DNA of 64,000 nucleotides from an uncultured Alphaproteobacteria bacterium (GCA_963748545.1 CAVVJO010000018.1:18535-82534); one strand, 5' to 3'; shown: positions 21,760 to 30,718, counted from the first letter of the stretch. Translations and numbers: made by a program. The notes: a model not told the origin generated them from the letters alone.

Positions 21760-21833
21760 GATCGCCTCGTTCGGCAGCGCCCGCCGCGGGTGGGCGCAAG
21801 TCGTCTTGTCCTCAGATCCGAAGGTGTCCTTTC

Positions 21834-22766
21834 ATGTCGCTCCCCTCACCGCGCGCCCTTGTCGGCGTGCTCGCCGGCGCGGGCTTATGCCTGTGGCTGA
21901 CTCCCGCCTACCCGCACGCCGTCTGCGGCGACCGGGTCTTCCCCGCCACGCTCGCGATCGACGATCCGGGCGTTCTCGACGAACTCACGCTGCCGACCGT
22001 CAGCTGGGTTCCCAATAATTCGGACGGCGCCCACGAGTGGGACGCAAGCTTCAGCTGGACCAAGACGATCACCCCGGGCCTCAGCGTGGTGTTGAGCGAC
22101 GGCGCCACCTGGGAGCACCCCGGGGGCTACGGCTGGGACGCGCTCGACACCGAGTTGCAATGGCAGGCGCTCTGCATCCCCGACGCCGAGTTCATGATGA
22201 AGGTCGGCTTCGACATCTCCTGGGCCGGAACCGGCACTGGGATCAACGCCGCTTCCGGCCGGGAAAACTCCTACTCGCCGCTGGTGGCCGCAGGCCTCGG
22301 CTTCGGCAGCCTCCCGAAAAGCCTCAACTATCTGCGCCCGTTCGCGATCACGGCCGAGTTCAGCACGTCCGCGCCCGGCTACAATTGGGTGAACGGGACG
22401 CCCTACGTCACCACCTTCAACTGGGGATTCACCCTCCAGTACAGTCTGCCCTACTTCAACGCGCACGTGGCCGCGATCGACAACGACGTCCTCAAGCACT
22501 TGGTCCCGGTCGCGGAGTTCGCCTTCCAGACGCCGATCCACAATGGCGGCGCGGCGGGACAATTGACGACCGGGTATTTCCAGCCAGGCGTCGTTTACAT
22601 AGCCGACAAATGGCAGGTCGCCGTCGAAGCCATGGTCCCGATGACGGGCGCGACCGGCCACGGCGTCGGCGTGATCGGGGCGCTTGATTTCTATCTCGAC
22701 GACATCCCCGGCAGAATCGACGAACCGATCTTCCCCCACGGCCTCGGCATCGCTCCCGGAATCTGA
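21834..22766 (+). CDS. secreted protein of the copper cluster (possibly outer-membrane MetA-pathway/transporter-like family)
   Basis: ATG at 21834 inside track ORF 21570..22766. Signal peptide MSLPSPRALVGVLAGAGLCLWL. FPATLAIDDPGVLDELTLPTVSW is followed by alternating beta-like segments. The family assignment comes from memory of this motif only. Confidence 0.55.
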   Translation: MSLPSPRALVGVLAGAGLCLWLTPAYPHAVCGDRVFPATLAIDDPGVLDELTLPTVSWVPNNSDGAHEWDASFSWTKTITPGLSVVLSDGATWEHPGGYGWDALDTELQWQALCIPDAEFMMKVGFDISWAGTGTGINAASGRENSYSPLVAAGLGFGSLPKSLNYLRPFAITAEFSTSAPGYNWVNGTPYVTTFNWGFTLQYSLPYFNAHVAAIDNDVLKHLVPVAEFAFQTPIHNGGAAGQLTTGYFQPGVVYIADKWQVAVEAMVPMTGATGHGVGVIGALDFYLDDIPGRIDEPIFPHGLGIAPGI

Positions 22767-22784
22767 CGCAAAGGAACCTCGCTC

Positions 22785-23144
22785 ATGCGCAACACGCTCT
22801 TGAAAATCGCCGCGACGCTCGCCTTCGCCCTCTCCGCGAGCGCCGCATTCGCCCACGCCCAGCTCGAGAGCTCGTCGCCCCCGGTCGGGGGAACGGTCTC
22901 GTCGCCGAGCGCGATCCAGCTCACCTTCAGCGAAGGCGTCGAGCCGAAATTCACAGGCGTCGTGGTGACGGGACCGAGCGGCGCGGCGGCGCTCGGCGCC
23001 CCTGCGGTCGAGGCCGGCCATCAGAATGTGCTGATCGTCCCGGTCGCCAAGCCCCTGTCGCCCGGAGTCTATACGGTCAAGTGGCGCGCCGTGTCGGTCG
23101 ACACGCATCACACGCAGGGTACGTTCGAGTTCACCGTGAAGTGA
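22785..23144 (+). CDS. copC: copper resistance/binding protein CopC (YobA-like)
   Basis: Signal peptide ends AFA, then mature HAQLESSSPPVGG, and C-terminal YTVKWRAVSVDTHHTQGTFEFTV. Classic CopC domain. Confidence 0.9.
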   Translation: MRNTLLKIAATLAFALSASAAFAHAQLESSSPPVGGTVSSPSAIQLTFSEGVEPKFTGVVVTGPSGAAALGAPAVEAGHQNVLIVPVAKPLSPGVYTVKWRAVSVDTHHTQGTFEFTVK

Positions 23145-23215
23145 CGAACGGTGCGCGAGCGCGCGGTCCGGCCGGCGCTCGCGCACGGAAAACTGAAAAG
23201 AAGGAGGATTCTGCC

Positions 23216-23713
23216 ATGACCCGCAGCACTGCTCTCGCCCTCGCGCTGGCGCTCGCCACGACCGCCGTTCCCGCGCTCGCCCAGGAATTCAAGGTCGGCG
23301 ACATCACCATCGACAAGGCCTGGTCGCGCGCCACCCCGAAGGGCGCCGACATCGGCGCCGGCTATCTGACGATCCACAACACCGGCGCGACGCCCGACAA
23401 GCTCACCGGCGGCTCGGCCAATTTCGGCGCCGTCGAGATCCATGAGATGAAGACCGAGAACGGCGTCATGACCATGCGGGAGCTGAAGGATGGGCTCAAT
23501 ATCCCTGCTCACGGCACGGTCCGGCTCGCGCCCGGCGGCTACCACATCATGTTCACCCACCTGACGAAGCCGCTCGACAAGGGCGCCAAAGTCTCGGCGA
23601 CGCTCAACTTCGAGCATGCCGGACCGGTGGCGGTCGATTTCCCGGTCGAGGCCGTCGGCGCGGGAAGCCCGACGCCGATGAAGGGCGACGACATGAAGGG
23701 CATGAAGATGTAG
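23216..23713 (+). CDS. periplasmic copper chaperone PCuAC (DUF461)
   Basis: Signal peptide plus the H(M)x10Mx21HxM-type motif: VEIHEMKTENGVMTMRELKDGLNIPAHGTVRLAPGGYHIMF. Met-rich tail MKGDDMKGMKM. Confidence 0.9.
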   Translation: MTRSTALALALALATTAVPALAQEFKVGDITIDKAWSRATPKGADIGAGYLTIHNTGATPDKLTGGSANFGAVEIHEMKTENGVMTMRELKDGLNIPAHGTVRLAPGGYHIMFTHLTKPLDKGAKVSATLNFEHAGPVAVDFPVEAVGAGSPTPMKGDDMKGMKM

Positions 23714-23731
23714 CGCCAGCGACCCCGAACG

Positions 23732-24606
23732 GTGATCGCCCTCGCGTCCTGCCGCTTTCTCCATTTCCTGGCGGCGATGCTGGCTTTCGGGTCGAGCGCC
23801 TATCTGCGGCTTTATGCGCCCGGCGAATTGCGGCGGACGCTGGCGCCGACGATCCGGCGCCTCGCGATCGCGGCAAGCCTGATCGTGCTCGCGACCGCCG
23901 TCCTCTGGCTCGCGCTGCGAGGCCGCGTCGATGGCCGAGGATCCCGGCGCGGCGCTCGATCCGGGGACGATCGGCGCCGTCCTCGCCGACACCGCTTTCG
24001 GGCGGGCCTGGATTCTGCATCTCGTCCTCGCCGTCGCCTTCGTCGCCGCCACGGTTTTCGCGCCGCGCGACGCCTGGACGACGATGGCGGTTCTTTCCGG
24101 TCTCGTGCTGGCAAGTCTCGGGCTCGTGGGCCACGCGGCGATGCAGGCCGGCGTCGAGGGCGCGCTTCATCGCGCCAATCACGCGGCGCATCTTCTCGCC
24201 GCCGGCGCCTGGATTGGCGGCCTCGATCCCGTTCGTGATGTGCCTCCACGTTTACGCCCGCGATGTCCTGCGTCGCGACGCGGTCGACGCCATGATGCGC
24301 TTCTCGTTCTGGGGGCACTTCGTCGTCGCGGCGCTCGTCGCGACCGGGGTCGTCAACATTGCGTTGACATCGGGCCGCGCGCCGCTGCCGCCGAGCACGC
24401 CCTACCGTGCGCTGATCGACCTGAAAATCGTCGTCGTCGCGGCGATGATCGGGCTTGCGATCGTCAACCGCTATGTCCTCGTCCCGCGGCTGAAAGCGAG
24501 CCCCGACGCGCTCGCGGGTTTGCGCGCGATCAGCCTCGCCAACGTCGCCCTCGGGACGGTCGTCGTGGCGCTGGTCAGCGTCTTCGCCCTGCTCGACCCC
24601 GCGTGA
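23732..24606 (+). CDS. copD: copper resistance membrane protein CopD, two apparent frame breaks (~23918, ~24225)
   Basis: Three consecutive frames read as one CopD: MIALASCRFLHFLAAMLAFGSSAYL...; MAEDPGAALDPGTIGAVLADTAFGRAWILHLVLA...GHAAMQ...HRANHAAHLLAAGAWIGGL; IPFVMCL...FSFWGHFVVAALVATGVVN...IVNRYVLVPRL. Confidence 0.8.
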
Positions 24607-24643
24607 GGCGCGCGGTCCCGCCAATCGCAGAGTTCTCGCCAAC

Positions 24644-25018
24644 ATGGAGATGCGTGTGCTTCAAAATTCCGGTCATCGCGTCGCTCGTCTTGTCGCTACG
24701 ACGGTCGCGCTCGCAACTTTCGGGGTTCCGGTCCCGGACTTTAGCGTAAGCCGGGCGCCCGCGATCGCCGAGGCCCGCGCGGACGAGGCCGCAAAGATAT
24801 TCCACGGCGTCGGGACCGTCACCGCGGTTGACGCCAACTCTGGCGTCCTCACTGTCGACCATGGAGACATTCCGGGCTTCATGGACGCGATGGAAATGGC
24901 CTACAAGGTACGCCCGATCGCCCTCAGCAAGGGCTTGCAGAAGGGCGACAAAATCGCCTTCGGCGTCGATGGCCAGAGCTACACGATCGTCGAGATCCAG
25001 AGAGTCGCCAAGCCTTAG
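24644..25018 (+). CDS. CusF-like periplasmic copper-binding protein
   Basis: FHGVGTVTAVDANSGVLTVDHGDIPGFMDAMEMAYKV...GDKIAFGVD matches the CusF/copper-binding OB-fold pattern (H...M.M). Confidence 0.75.
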   Translation: MEMRVLQNSGHRVARLVATTVALATFGVPVPDFSVSRAPAIAEARADEAAKIFHGVGTVTAVDANSGVLTVDHGDIPGFMDAMEMAYKVRPIALSKGLQKGDKIAFGVDGQSYTIVEIQRVAKP

Positions 25019-25142
25019 CTGACGGCCCATCGATCGGAGCGGCGCGCCCCACTGCGTTGCGAGCCCATTTGGGCATGCCGAGGAGCCGACACAAACACCC
25101 GGCCGGGACCGGCGTCTATGCCGTCGCCCCGCCGGAACAGGG

Positions 25143-25832
25143 TCAGTCCTCGACCTCTTCGCCGCGCGCCAGCGCCTTGAGCCGACGAACGTCCGCGACC
25201 ACGATCGCGGCGCCGTCCTCGGGCCCGAGCACCCGCACGCGCTTCAACTGGGCGATGCAGCGGCTCACGGTTTCCGTGGTGACGCCGAGATAGTCCGCGA
25301 TTTCGGCGCGCGAGAGGGGCACGACCGCCTTCGAGCGCAGCGCCTTGGGATCGGCCAGCAAGGCGGTGAGGAAGCCCGCGACCCTGGCCATCGCAGATTT
25401 TTGCCCGAGCAGCACGACGTGATCGCGCATCCGCCGGATCTCGTCCGCCATCGCGAGAGCGAACCGCGGCGCGAGCGGCGACGCCCAGGTCGCCTGGTCC
25501 AGACGATAGGCGGTGACGATGCACGGGGCGAGCGTGATTGCGGTGCATTCCCGCGCGGCGCTGCGGGAAAACCCGAACAGCCGGCGGGGACCGACGATGT
25601 CGATGATCTGGCGCCGGTCGTCGGCAAGACCCTGCAAAATCATCGCAGCGCCGGCCGACACTTCGTAGACCAAGTCAGCGGGATCGGCGCGATCGAAGAT
25701 GCGATGGCGAGCGGGAACCCGGCTCTCCCGAACGTCCTGGGCGCGCTGACATCCGTGTAGCTGTCGGCAACGCAAGCCCAACGGGGCGGTCGTGCCGGAA
25801 CGGGGATCAAAATCAACTCTTGCGTCGTCCAT
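25143..25832 (-). CDS. Crp/Fnr family transcriptional regulator
   Basis: cNMP-binding-like N-terminal half and a C-terminal HTH (LSRAEIADYLGVTTETVSRCIAQLKRVRVL). No FNR-type N-terminal Cys cluster seen. Start at MDDARV chosen. Confidence 0.85.
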   Translation of the reverse strand: MDDARVDFDPRSGTTAPLGLRCRQLHGCQRAQDVRESRVPARHRIFDRADPADLVYEVSAGAAMILQGLADDRRQIIDIVGPRRLFGFSRSAARECTAITLAPCIVTAYRLDQATWASPLAPRFALAMADEIRRMRDHVVLLGQKSAMARVAGFLTALLADPKALRSKAVVPLSRAEIADYLGVTTETVSRCIAQLKRVRVLGPEDGAAIVVADVRRLKALARGEEVED

Positions 25833-26065
25833 CGACGACCTCGTGCATGCAGTAGCGGAGCGCGGACCGCCCCTCTCGAACGGGCAAGGCGCGGCCAACG
25901 GACTCGGCGCGCTCCGACTGTGTCAAGATAACACGACACCGTCAAGCGTCATGGACATAAGACAAAAGATGGCTCTCCGAAGGTCCGGACGGGTACACGG
26001 TTGCGCTCGTCCCGGAGGCGCTAAAGGCTGACCCGTTCGGCTCTTCGTGGCAGACGGCCGCTGCG

Positions 26066-26356
26066 TTAAGCCAACGCTTCGAGGCTGACGATCCGCGCGG
26101 AGCTGCAGGCGTCGTGAATGTCTTTGAGCCCCTGGAAGGCTGGCCCGCGATAAAGCGATTCCCAGGCCGCGAGGGAAGGAAATTCGAGCAGGACAAGGTC
26201 GCTCGGCGTCCAATTTCCTTCGTAGACCTTCAAGACGCCATCGCGCGCCAAATACTTTCCACCCGCAGCCTCCACGGCATGCCAAAGCAGGTCTCGGTAT
26301 TCCTGATAGCGGATCGGATCCTGGATCTCGACGTCGAAAATTACGTAAGTCTTCAT
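26066..26356 (-). CDS. DUF1330 domain protein
   Basis: MKTYVIFDVEIQDPIRYQEYRDLLWHAVEAAGGKYLARDG...VLLEFPSLAAWESLYRGPAFQGL. Confidence 0.8.
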   Translation of the reverse strand: MKTYVIFDVEIQDPIRYQEYRDLLWHAVEAAGGKYLARDGVLKVYEGNWTPSDLVLLEFPSLAAWESLYRGPAFQGLKDIHDACSSARIVSLEALA

Positions 26357-26582
26357 GGTGTTGCTCTCGCATCGCCAACCCCGGACGCGGTCGATCTCGT
26401 GCTGGGCGAGATCGTTTGATCCTCGCCTGCCCGAGATAGGAAACCGCGCTGTGGGGGGCTTCGACGCCGCCAAGCATCGCAGAGTTCGGCCGGACGCGTT
26501 TGATCTCAGTCAACGAAGAGCGAGTTAGGTGGGATCAGGGCGTACCAGCGGAGCGACCAACGCCATTTGCAGCCGCGCTGCC

Positions 26583-27001
26583 TTAGGCCTCCAGTCCGAG
26601 ACAAACGACGCGCATGTCGGCCGCAGCCTTGCGAAGCGCGGCGTCGAGCGTCGCAAGCGGCAAGCTGCGCCGCCGCGCGAGCTCCAGATACGTCGCGTCA
26701 TAGATCGTGAGACCATAATGGTCCGCGAGCTTCAGGGTGGTTGTCCAGGCATAGAGTCCGTGTCGACGTCGACGGTTATCGTCAACGAGGCGAGTTCGGC
26801 GAGAGAACTCGTCTCGATAGGCCGCGTGATCCGTGTCCGACGGATAGCGGATTGGAACGCGTTGGCGACTTCAAGGCGCCAGAGCATAGGGGCCACGGCA
26901 CGGGACTCCACGATCCGATCGAGCACCGCGTCAGTCGCCGGAGTGGCTTCGTCGTCGAAATACCACGCCATAGTGAGCGAGGCATCGACCACCAGGGTCA
27001 T
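26583..27001 (-). pseudogene. vapC: type II toxin VapC (PIN domain), frame break near 26755
   Basis: MTLVVDASLTMAWYFDDEATPATDAVLDRIVES...LWRLEVANA... continues in another frame as YAWTTTLKLADHYGLTIYDATYLELARRRSLPLATLDAALRKAAADMRVVCLGLEA*. The ATG overlaps the antitoxin stop (ATGA). Confidence 0.75.
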
Positions 27002-27239
27002 AGGCGACCTTCATCGATCAACGCCCTGAGCGAGAGGCCGCCAAGCTTCACACCTCTCCGCATCTCCCAATCCGCTGCGCGGCGCGCCGCCCGCGCTCGC
27101 GATCGGGCGTGGCGCCCGGCGGGACGAGCCGCGCGACAACCTTGCCGCGCCGCGTGATGACGACATCCTCACCCGCTTCGACCCAATCGAGCAATTGCCC
27201 GAACCGATCCTTCGCCTCGAACGCACCGATTTCTTTCAC
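26998..27239 (-). pseudogene. type II antitoxin (Phd/YefM-like), frame break at the CCC run 27066-27068
   Basis: GTG-start VKEIGAFEAKDRFGQLLDWVEAGEDVVITRRGKVVARLVP... One base fewer in attGGGaga would give ...EMRRGVKLGGLSLRALIDEGRL*, ending in ATGA overlap with vapC. Confidence 0.65.
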
Positions 27240-27310
27240 AACCAGCCTCGAACAGCGAGACAACAGTCTAGCTACGATACGCTCCGGCGGGATCAGAGGT
27301 CCACCGCTTC

Positions 27311-28546
27311 TTACCGCCCTGAGCCCTCCGCATGCGCCGTCCGCCGCTCGAGCAAGAAATTCCCGAGCGCCCCGGCCGCCATCAGAACGGCGGTGCCGAG
27401 AAAGACCGCGCGCATGCCGATGTGGCCGCCGACAAAGCCGCCCGCGAGCGGGCCCAGCACCTGCCCGACATATTGGGTCGAGACCGACCAGCCGAGCAGG
27501 CCGCCGGCGATCGTCTCGGGCGCGCTGTGGCGAATGACGCTGGTCATGCCGGGCGCGAGCCCCCCGAGCGCCAGGCCCAGCAGAAACCTCAGCGCGACGA
27601 GCTGCCAGCTCGCCGCCACAAAGGCCTGCGGAACCAGGATCAGCGCCGCCGCCGCGAGCGACAGGACGACGATTCGCCAGGGGCCGTAACGGTCGGCGAG
27701 CCGGCCGATCGGCGGCCCCGACAGAACGCCGCCGAGAGCGCCCGCCGACATGGCGAAGCCTGACACGACCGTGATCTGCGACGGCGCGGCGAACAACGCG
27801 ACATAGACGGTGATGATCGGCTCGATCGACGTCAACGCGAAGGTCAGGAGGAGCCCGGTCGCGAGCATGGCCACGACGGGGCGCTTGTCCGGAATCCGCG
27901 CCCACAGGCCGGATCGGGCGCCTTGCGCCTTCGGGGGCCGCGGCTTCTCGCGCAACAGGAATGTCGTCCCGAGGAAGCTCACGAAGATCGCGGCGCCCGA
28001 CAAGAGAAAAGTCGATCGGATGCCGATCAGGGGCGGCAAAATTCCCCCGATCAGCGGGCCGACCAGATTGCCGGCCATGATGCCCGAGGACAGGAGGCCC
28101 AGCGCCCAGCCCGACTTCGTCTTGGGCGTCTGCGCTGCGACCAGGATCATCGAGCCCGAGGCGTAGCCGCCGAGGAGCCCGGTCAGGAGCCGTATCAAGA
28201 CCAACTGCTCGATGGTCTGCGCCATGCCGGTCAGCGACATCGCGACGGCCATGCCGAGGCTCGCGCGGATCAGCATCAGCTTCCGCCCGTAGAGGTCGCC
28301 GAGCCGCCCCCATAAGGGGGCGGTCAGCGCGGCGGTGAAGAAGGTCGCGCCATAGGCGACCCCCGACCACTGCACGATCGCGGCATGGCCCGTGACGCCG
28401 ATCTCCTCGACATAGATCGGCAGGAACGGCAGGAGCAGCGTCATCGCCACGATGGTGGTGAACGAGCCGAGCGTGCAGACGATCAGGTTTATGAACCAGG
28501 GGTCGTCGTGGGGGGTCGCCTCTGCGACGCGCGCCGCCTCCGTCAT
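27311..28546 (-). CDS. MFS transporter (drug/H+ antiporter-like)
   Basis: 411 aa with 12 predicted TM helices and the MFS motif GRLGDLYGRKLML. ATG at 28546 overlaps the stop of the GntR gene (ATGA). The track ORF 27311..29122 upstream part is shadow. Confidence 0.85.
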   Translation of the reverse strand: MTEAARVAEATPHDDPWFINLIVCTLGSFTTIVAMTLLLPFLPIYVEEIGVTGHAAIVQWSGVAYGATFFTAALTAPLWGRLGDLYGRKLMLIRASLGMAVAMSLTGMAQTIEQLVLIRLLTGLLGGYASGSMILVAAQTPKTKSGWALGLLSSGIMAGNLVGPLIGGILPPLIGIRSTFLLSGAAIFVSFLGTTFLLREKPRPPKAQGARSGLWARIPDKRPVVAMLATGLLLTFALTSIEPIITVYVALFAAPSQITVVSGFAMSAGALGGVLSGPPIGRLADRYGPWRIVVLSLAAAALILVPQAFVAASWQLVALRFLLGLALGGLAPGMTSVIRHSAPETIAGGLLGWSVSTQYVGQVLGPLAGGFVGGHIGMRAVFLGTAVLMAAGALGNFLLERRTAHAEGSGR

Positions 28547-29208
28547 CGGCCTGCCGCCATGAGGCCGCTCGCCCGCAAGAGCCGACGATTGTCGTTCAGC
28601 GAGCGGATCAGCCGGTCGCGGGTGTCGCGGACATGCTCCGCCGCCTCGCGCGCCGCCTCGTCCGGCTCGTTCCGCCTGATGTGCCCGAGGATGCGCCGGT
28701 GCTCGGCCCAGGCCAATTCGCGCGACGGCTCGGTCCAGACTTCCAGCCACCGCGCCCGGGCGAGACGCGTCATCACGCCGGCGATCGCCTTGACGAGAAA
28801 CGGATTGCCCGACAGCCGGGCGACCGCGACATGGAAGTCCGCCCCGACCCGATGCCACTCCTCGCGCGGCGTTCCCGGGCCGCAAGCGTCGAGCATCGCC
28901 TCGATCGCGTCGACGTCCGGCGCGCTCGCGCGCGCGGAGGCGAGGCGGACGGCGGCGGTCTCCAGGGGTTCGCGGAACTCGGCGAGCGCCTCGATCTCGC
29001 TGAGATCGACCGGCGCGACCGCCCAGGCCCGGCCGTCGCGGCCGACCAGCTCCTCGGCTTCCAGGCGGGCCAGCGCTGCGCGGATCGGCGTGCGCGAGCC
29101 CGCGAACCGGCTCTCGAGCCATCGCTCCGTCAGCCGTTCGCCCGGCGCGAGGTCGAGCGACAGGATCATCTCGCGAAGCTGAGCGTAGATCTGGAGCATC
29201 TGGGACAT
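28543..29208 (-). CDS. GntR family transcriptional regulator (FadR/FCD-type C-terminal domain)
   Basis: MSQMLQIYAQLREMILSLDLAPGERLTERWLESRFAGSRTPIRAALARLEAEELV (wHTH) followed by a helical FCD-like domain. Co-transcribed with the MFS gene. Confidence 0.85.
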   Translation of the reverse strand: MSQMLQIYAQLREMILSLDLAPGERLTERWLESRFAGSRTPIRAALARLEAEELVGRDGRAWAVAPVDLSEIEALAEFREPLETAAVRLASARASAPDVDAIEAMLDACGPGTPREEWHRVGADFHVAVARLSGNPFLVKAIAGVMTRLARARWLEVWTEPSRELAWAEHRRILGHIRRNEPDEAAREAAEHVRDTRDRLIRSLNDNRRLLRASGLMAAGR

Positions 29209-29279
29209 CGCGGCCTTAACGGGAGCAGGTCTTTTGGCGCCTCTCGCTAGCGGCCTTTGGTATCCCGAGCAAGCTATTT

Positions 29280-29291
29280 TTGGTATACCAA
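29280..29291. promoter_or_regulatory. candidate GntR operator: perfect 12-bp palindrome TTGGTATACCAA
   Basis: Lies about 72 nt upstream of the GntR start and fits the GntR-family GT-N-AC core. A TTGGTAT half-site repeats at 29257-29263. Confidence 0.45.
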
Positions 29292-29372
29292 TCGCCCAGC
29301 CCGACTTCGCTCTCGGCGTCTGCGCCGCGACCAGGATCATCGAGTCCGAGGCATGGCCGCCGAGGAGACCGG
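29291..29372 (-). pseudogene. ~80-bp remnant of a second MFS gene (paralogue of 27311..28546)
   Basis: DNA is about 88% identical by eye to 28101-28180. It translates to ...GGHASDSMILVAAQTPRAKSGWAI, compared with GGYASGSMILVAAQTPKTKSGWAL in the intact MFS. Truncated on both sides. Confidence 0.7.
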
Positions 29373-29528
29373 GATCGGACCCGGCGACGCGGCAGTCTCT
29401 TAAGCGCCGCGCGGGACGAACTAGGACAGCGGAAATCTCACTCTACATTGTTAACCAGATTTGATATGAATTATCTTTGCCATCGAACGCGTAGCAGAAA
29501 ATGCGAGACAGCACCGAGAGGCGATACA

Positions 29529-29783
29529 ATGCACAAACTGGTTATTTCGGGCGCCATTGCCGCGTTCGTTTCAGCGGCGCAGCCTGCTTTAGCGGGATCG
29601 TTCTTTGATTCTGGGGCTGGAGGCGTTGTCGGACTCGCCGTCGGCCTCATGGCCGGACAGGCCATGTTCTGCGCGTCCCATCCAGAAGCCTGTCAGGGGC
29701 GCCGTGCGGTACGAAGGGTGGCGCTGCTCACCGATCGGAACCTGAGCGTGCTGTCACGTACAAGCACTCGGCCCCCCATGTGA
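29529..29783 (+). CDS. hypothetical small secreted protein with glycine-zipper segment
   Basis: SD GAGAGG 8 nt upstream. Signal peptide MHKLVISGAIAAFVSAAQPALA, then GGVVGLAVGLMAGQAM and CASHPEAC. The Arg-rich tail may be out of frame (see findings). Confidence 0.45.
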   Translation: MHKLVISGAIAAFVSAAQPALAGSFFDSGAGGVVGLAVGLMAGQAMFCASHPEACQGRRAVRRVALLTDRNLSVLSRTSTRPPM

Positions 29784-30646
29784 TGCCGGCCACGCGGACA
29801 GTTACGGCAGCCCCGTTGCCATACGCACCCCAGGCGCCCACTTCGCCATCCACGTCAAGCCCGGATGAAACGAGTTATCAGCGCGCGCTCGAAGAGCGCC
29901 TGGACAAGGTGGTGCAAGCCGCCACAAAGCAGCTTAATTTCGTGGCCCAATTCATAAAAGAGCATCCCAAGAGCCCCAAACTCCTCGAGTACCTGAGTGA
30001 AACGGCTACACTTAAAGCTGCTGTCGAGAAGGGCAATCCCGACGACATCGAGCAAAAATCGACAACGCTATCCGCGGACTTGGCGCGAGATCAGGATTAT
30101 CAGGTGTTCGACGCCAAGCGAGCGAAGGAGCAGAAGATTATAGAGGCACAGAATTTAAGCGACGACATTCAACGGGCCCAAGTTCAGCGCGCGTTCCTCA
30201 TTGACTACGTTACCAAGAATCCACTCGCATCCGAAGTCGTAAACTTTCTGCCGCTTATCAAGCAGGTCGATCCTGCACTCGAGAACCCGGGCGTTGATCA
30301 ACTGCAACGATTGACCGGTCAGATCGAACTCGCCATCCGTGAAGCCAATCTCGATGATGCGTTTCGCAATTTTCAAGTAGACCCGGCAAAGCCTTCTCTG
30401 CAGATCGACGGCAACAATGCTGAGCAGAACGAAATGAGGCTGCCGATCACAGACAAGAACCGCTTTCTTCTAGAAGGCGATCTCAACGACGTGATCGCGC
30501 TTTACAACGCAAGCTCTCGCGCGCCTCATGTTGCCCACAATTTGCGCGGGCAATTCGTGTTTACTGGCGACCGCGCGGCTATTTGCCTTTTTGGTGACAA
30601 CCCCGCGGGGGTATCGCTCATCGTCCGCTCCAAACTGGCTCGATAA
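29783..30646 (+). CDS. hypothetical protein (no recognised family), low-GC islet
   Basis: Start overlaps the preceding stop (TGATG). A Pro/Ser/Thr-rich N-terminus is followed by a ~200-aa helical region and a beta-rich end (...FVFTGDRAAICLFGDNPAGVSLIV). About 50% GC versus about 66% in flanks. Confidence 0.5.
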   Translation: MPATRTVTAAPLPYAPQAPTSPSTSSPDETSYQRALEERLDKVVQAATKQLNFVAQFIKEHPKSPKLLEYLSETATLKAAVEKGNPDDIEQKSTTLSADLARDQDYQVFDAKRAKEQKIIEAQNLSDDIQRAQVQRAFLIDYVTKNPLASEVVNFLPLIKQVDPALENPGVDQLQRLTGQIELAIREANLDDAFRNFQVDPAKPSLQIDGNNAEQNEMRLPITDKNRFLLEGDLNDVIALYNASSRAPHVAHNLRGQFVFTGDRAAICLFGDNPAGVSLIVRSKLAR

Positions 30647-30718
30647 GTCATCAAAACCGTCACCGGACTTGAGCAATCGTGTGATGCTCAAAAGCTCGAA
30701 ACGTATGACATCGTCGCT

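Noticed and set aside
25833-26065. FNR/CRP box upstream of the Crp/Fnr-family gene.
   Set aside because: No TTGAT-N4-ATCAA match was found. There are only two CTTGAC direct repeats on the minus strand (~25915-25950), which do not fit the palindromic consensus.
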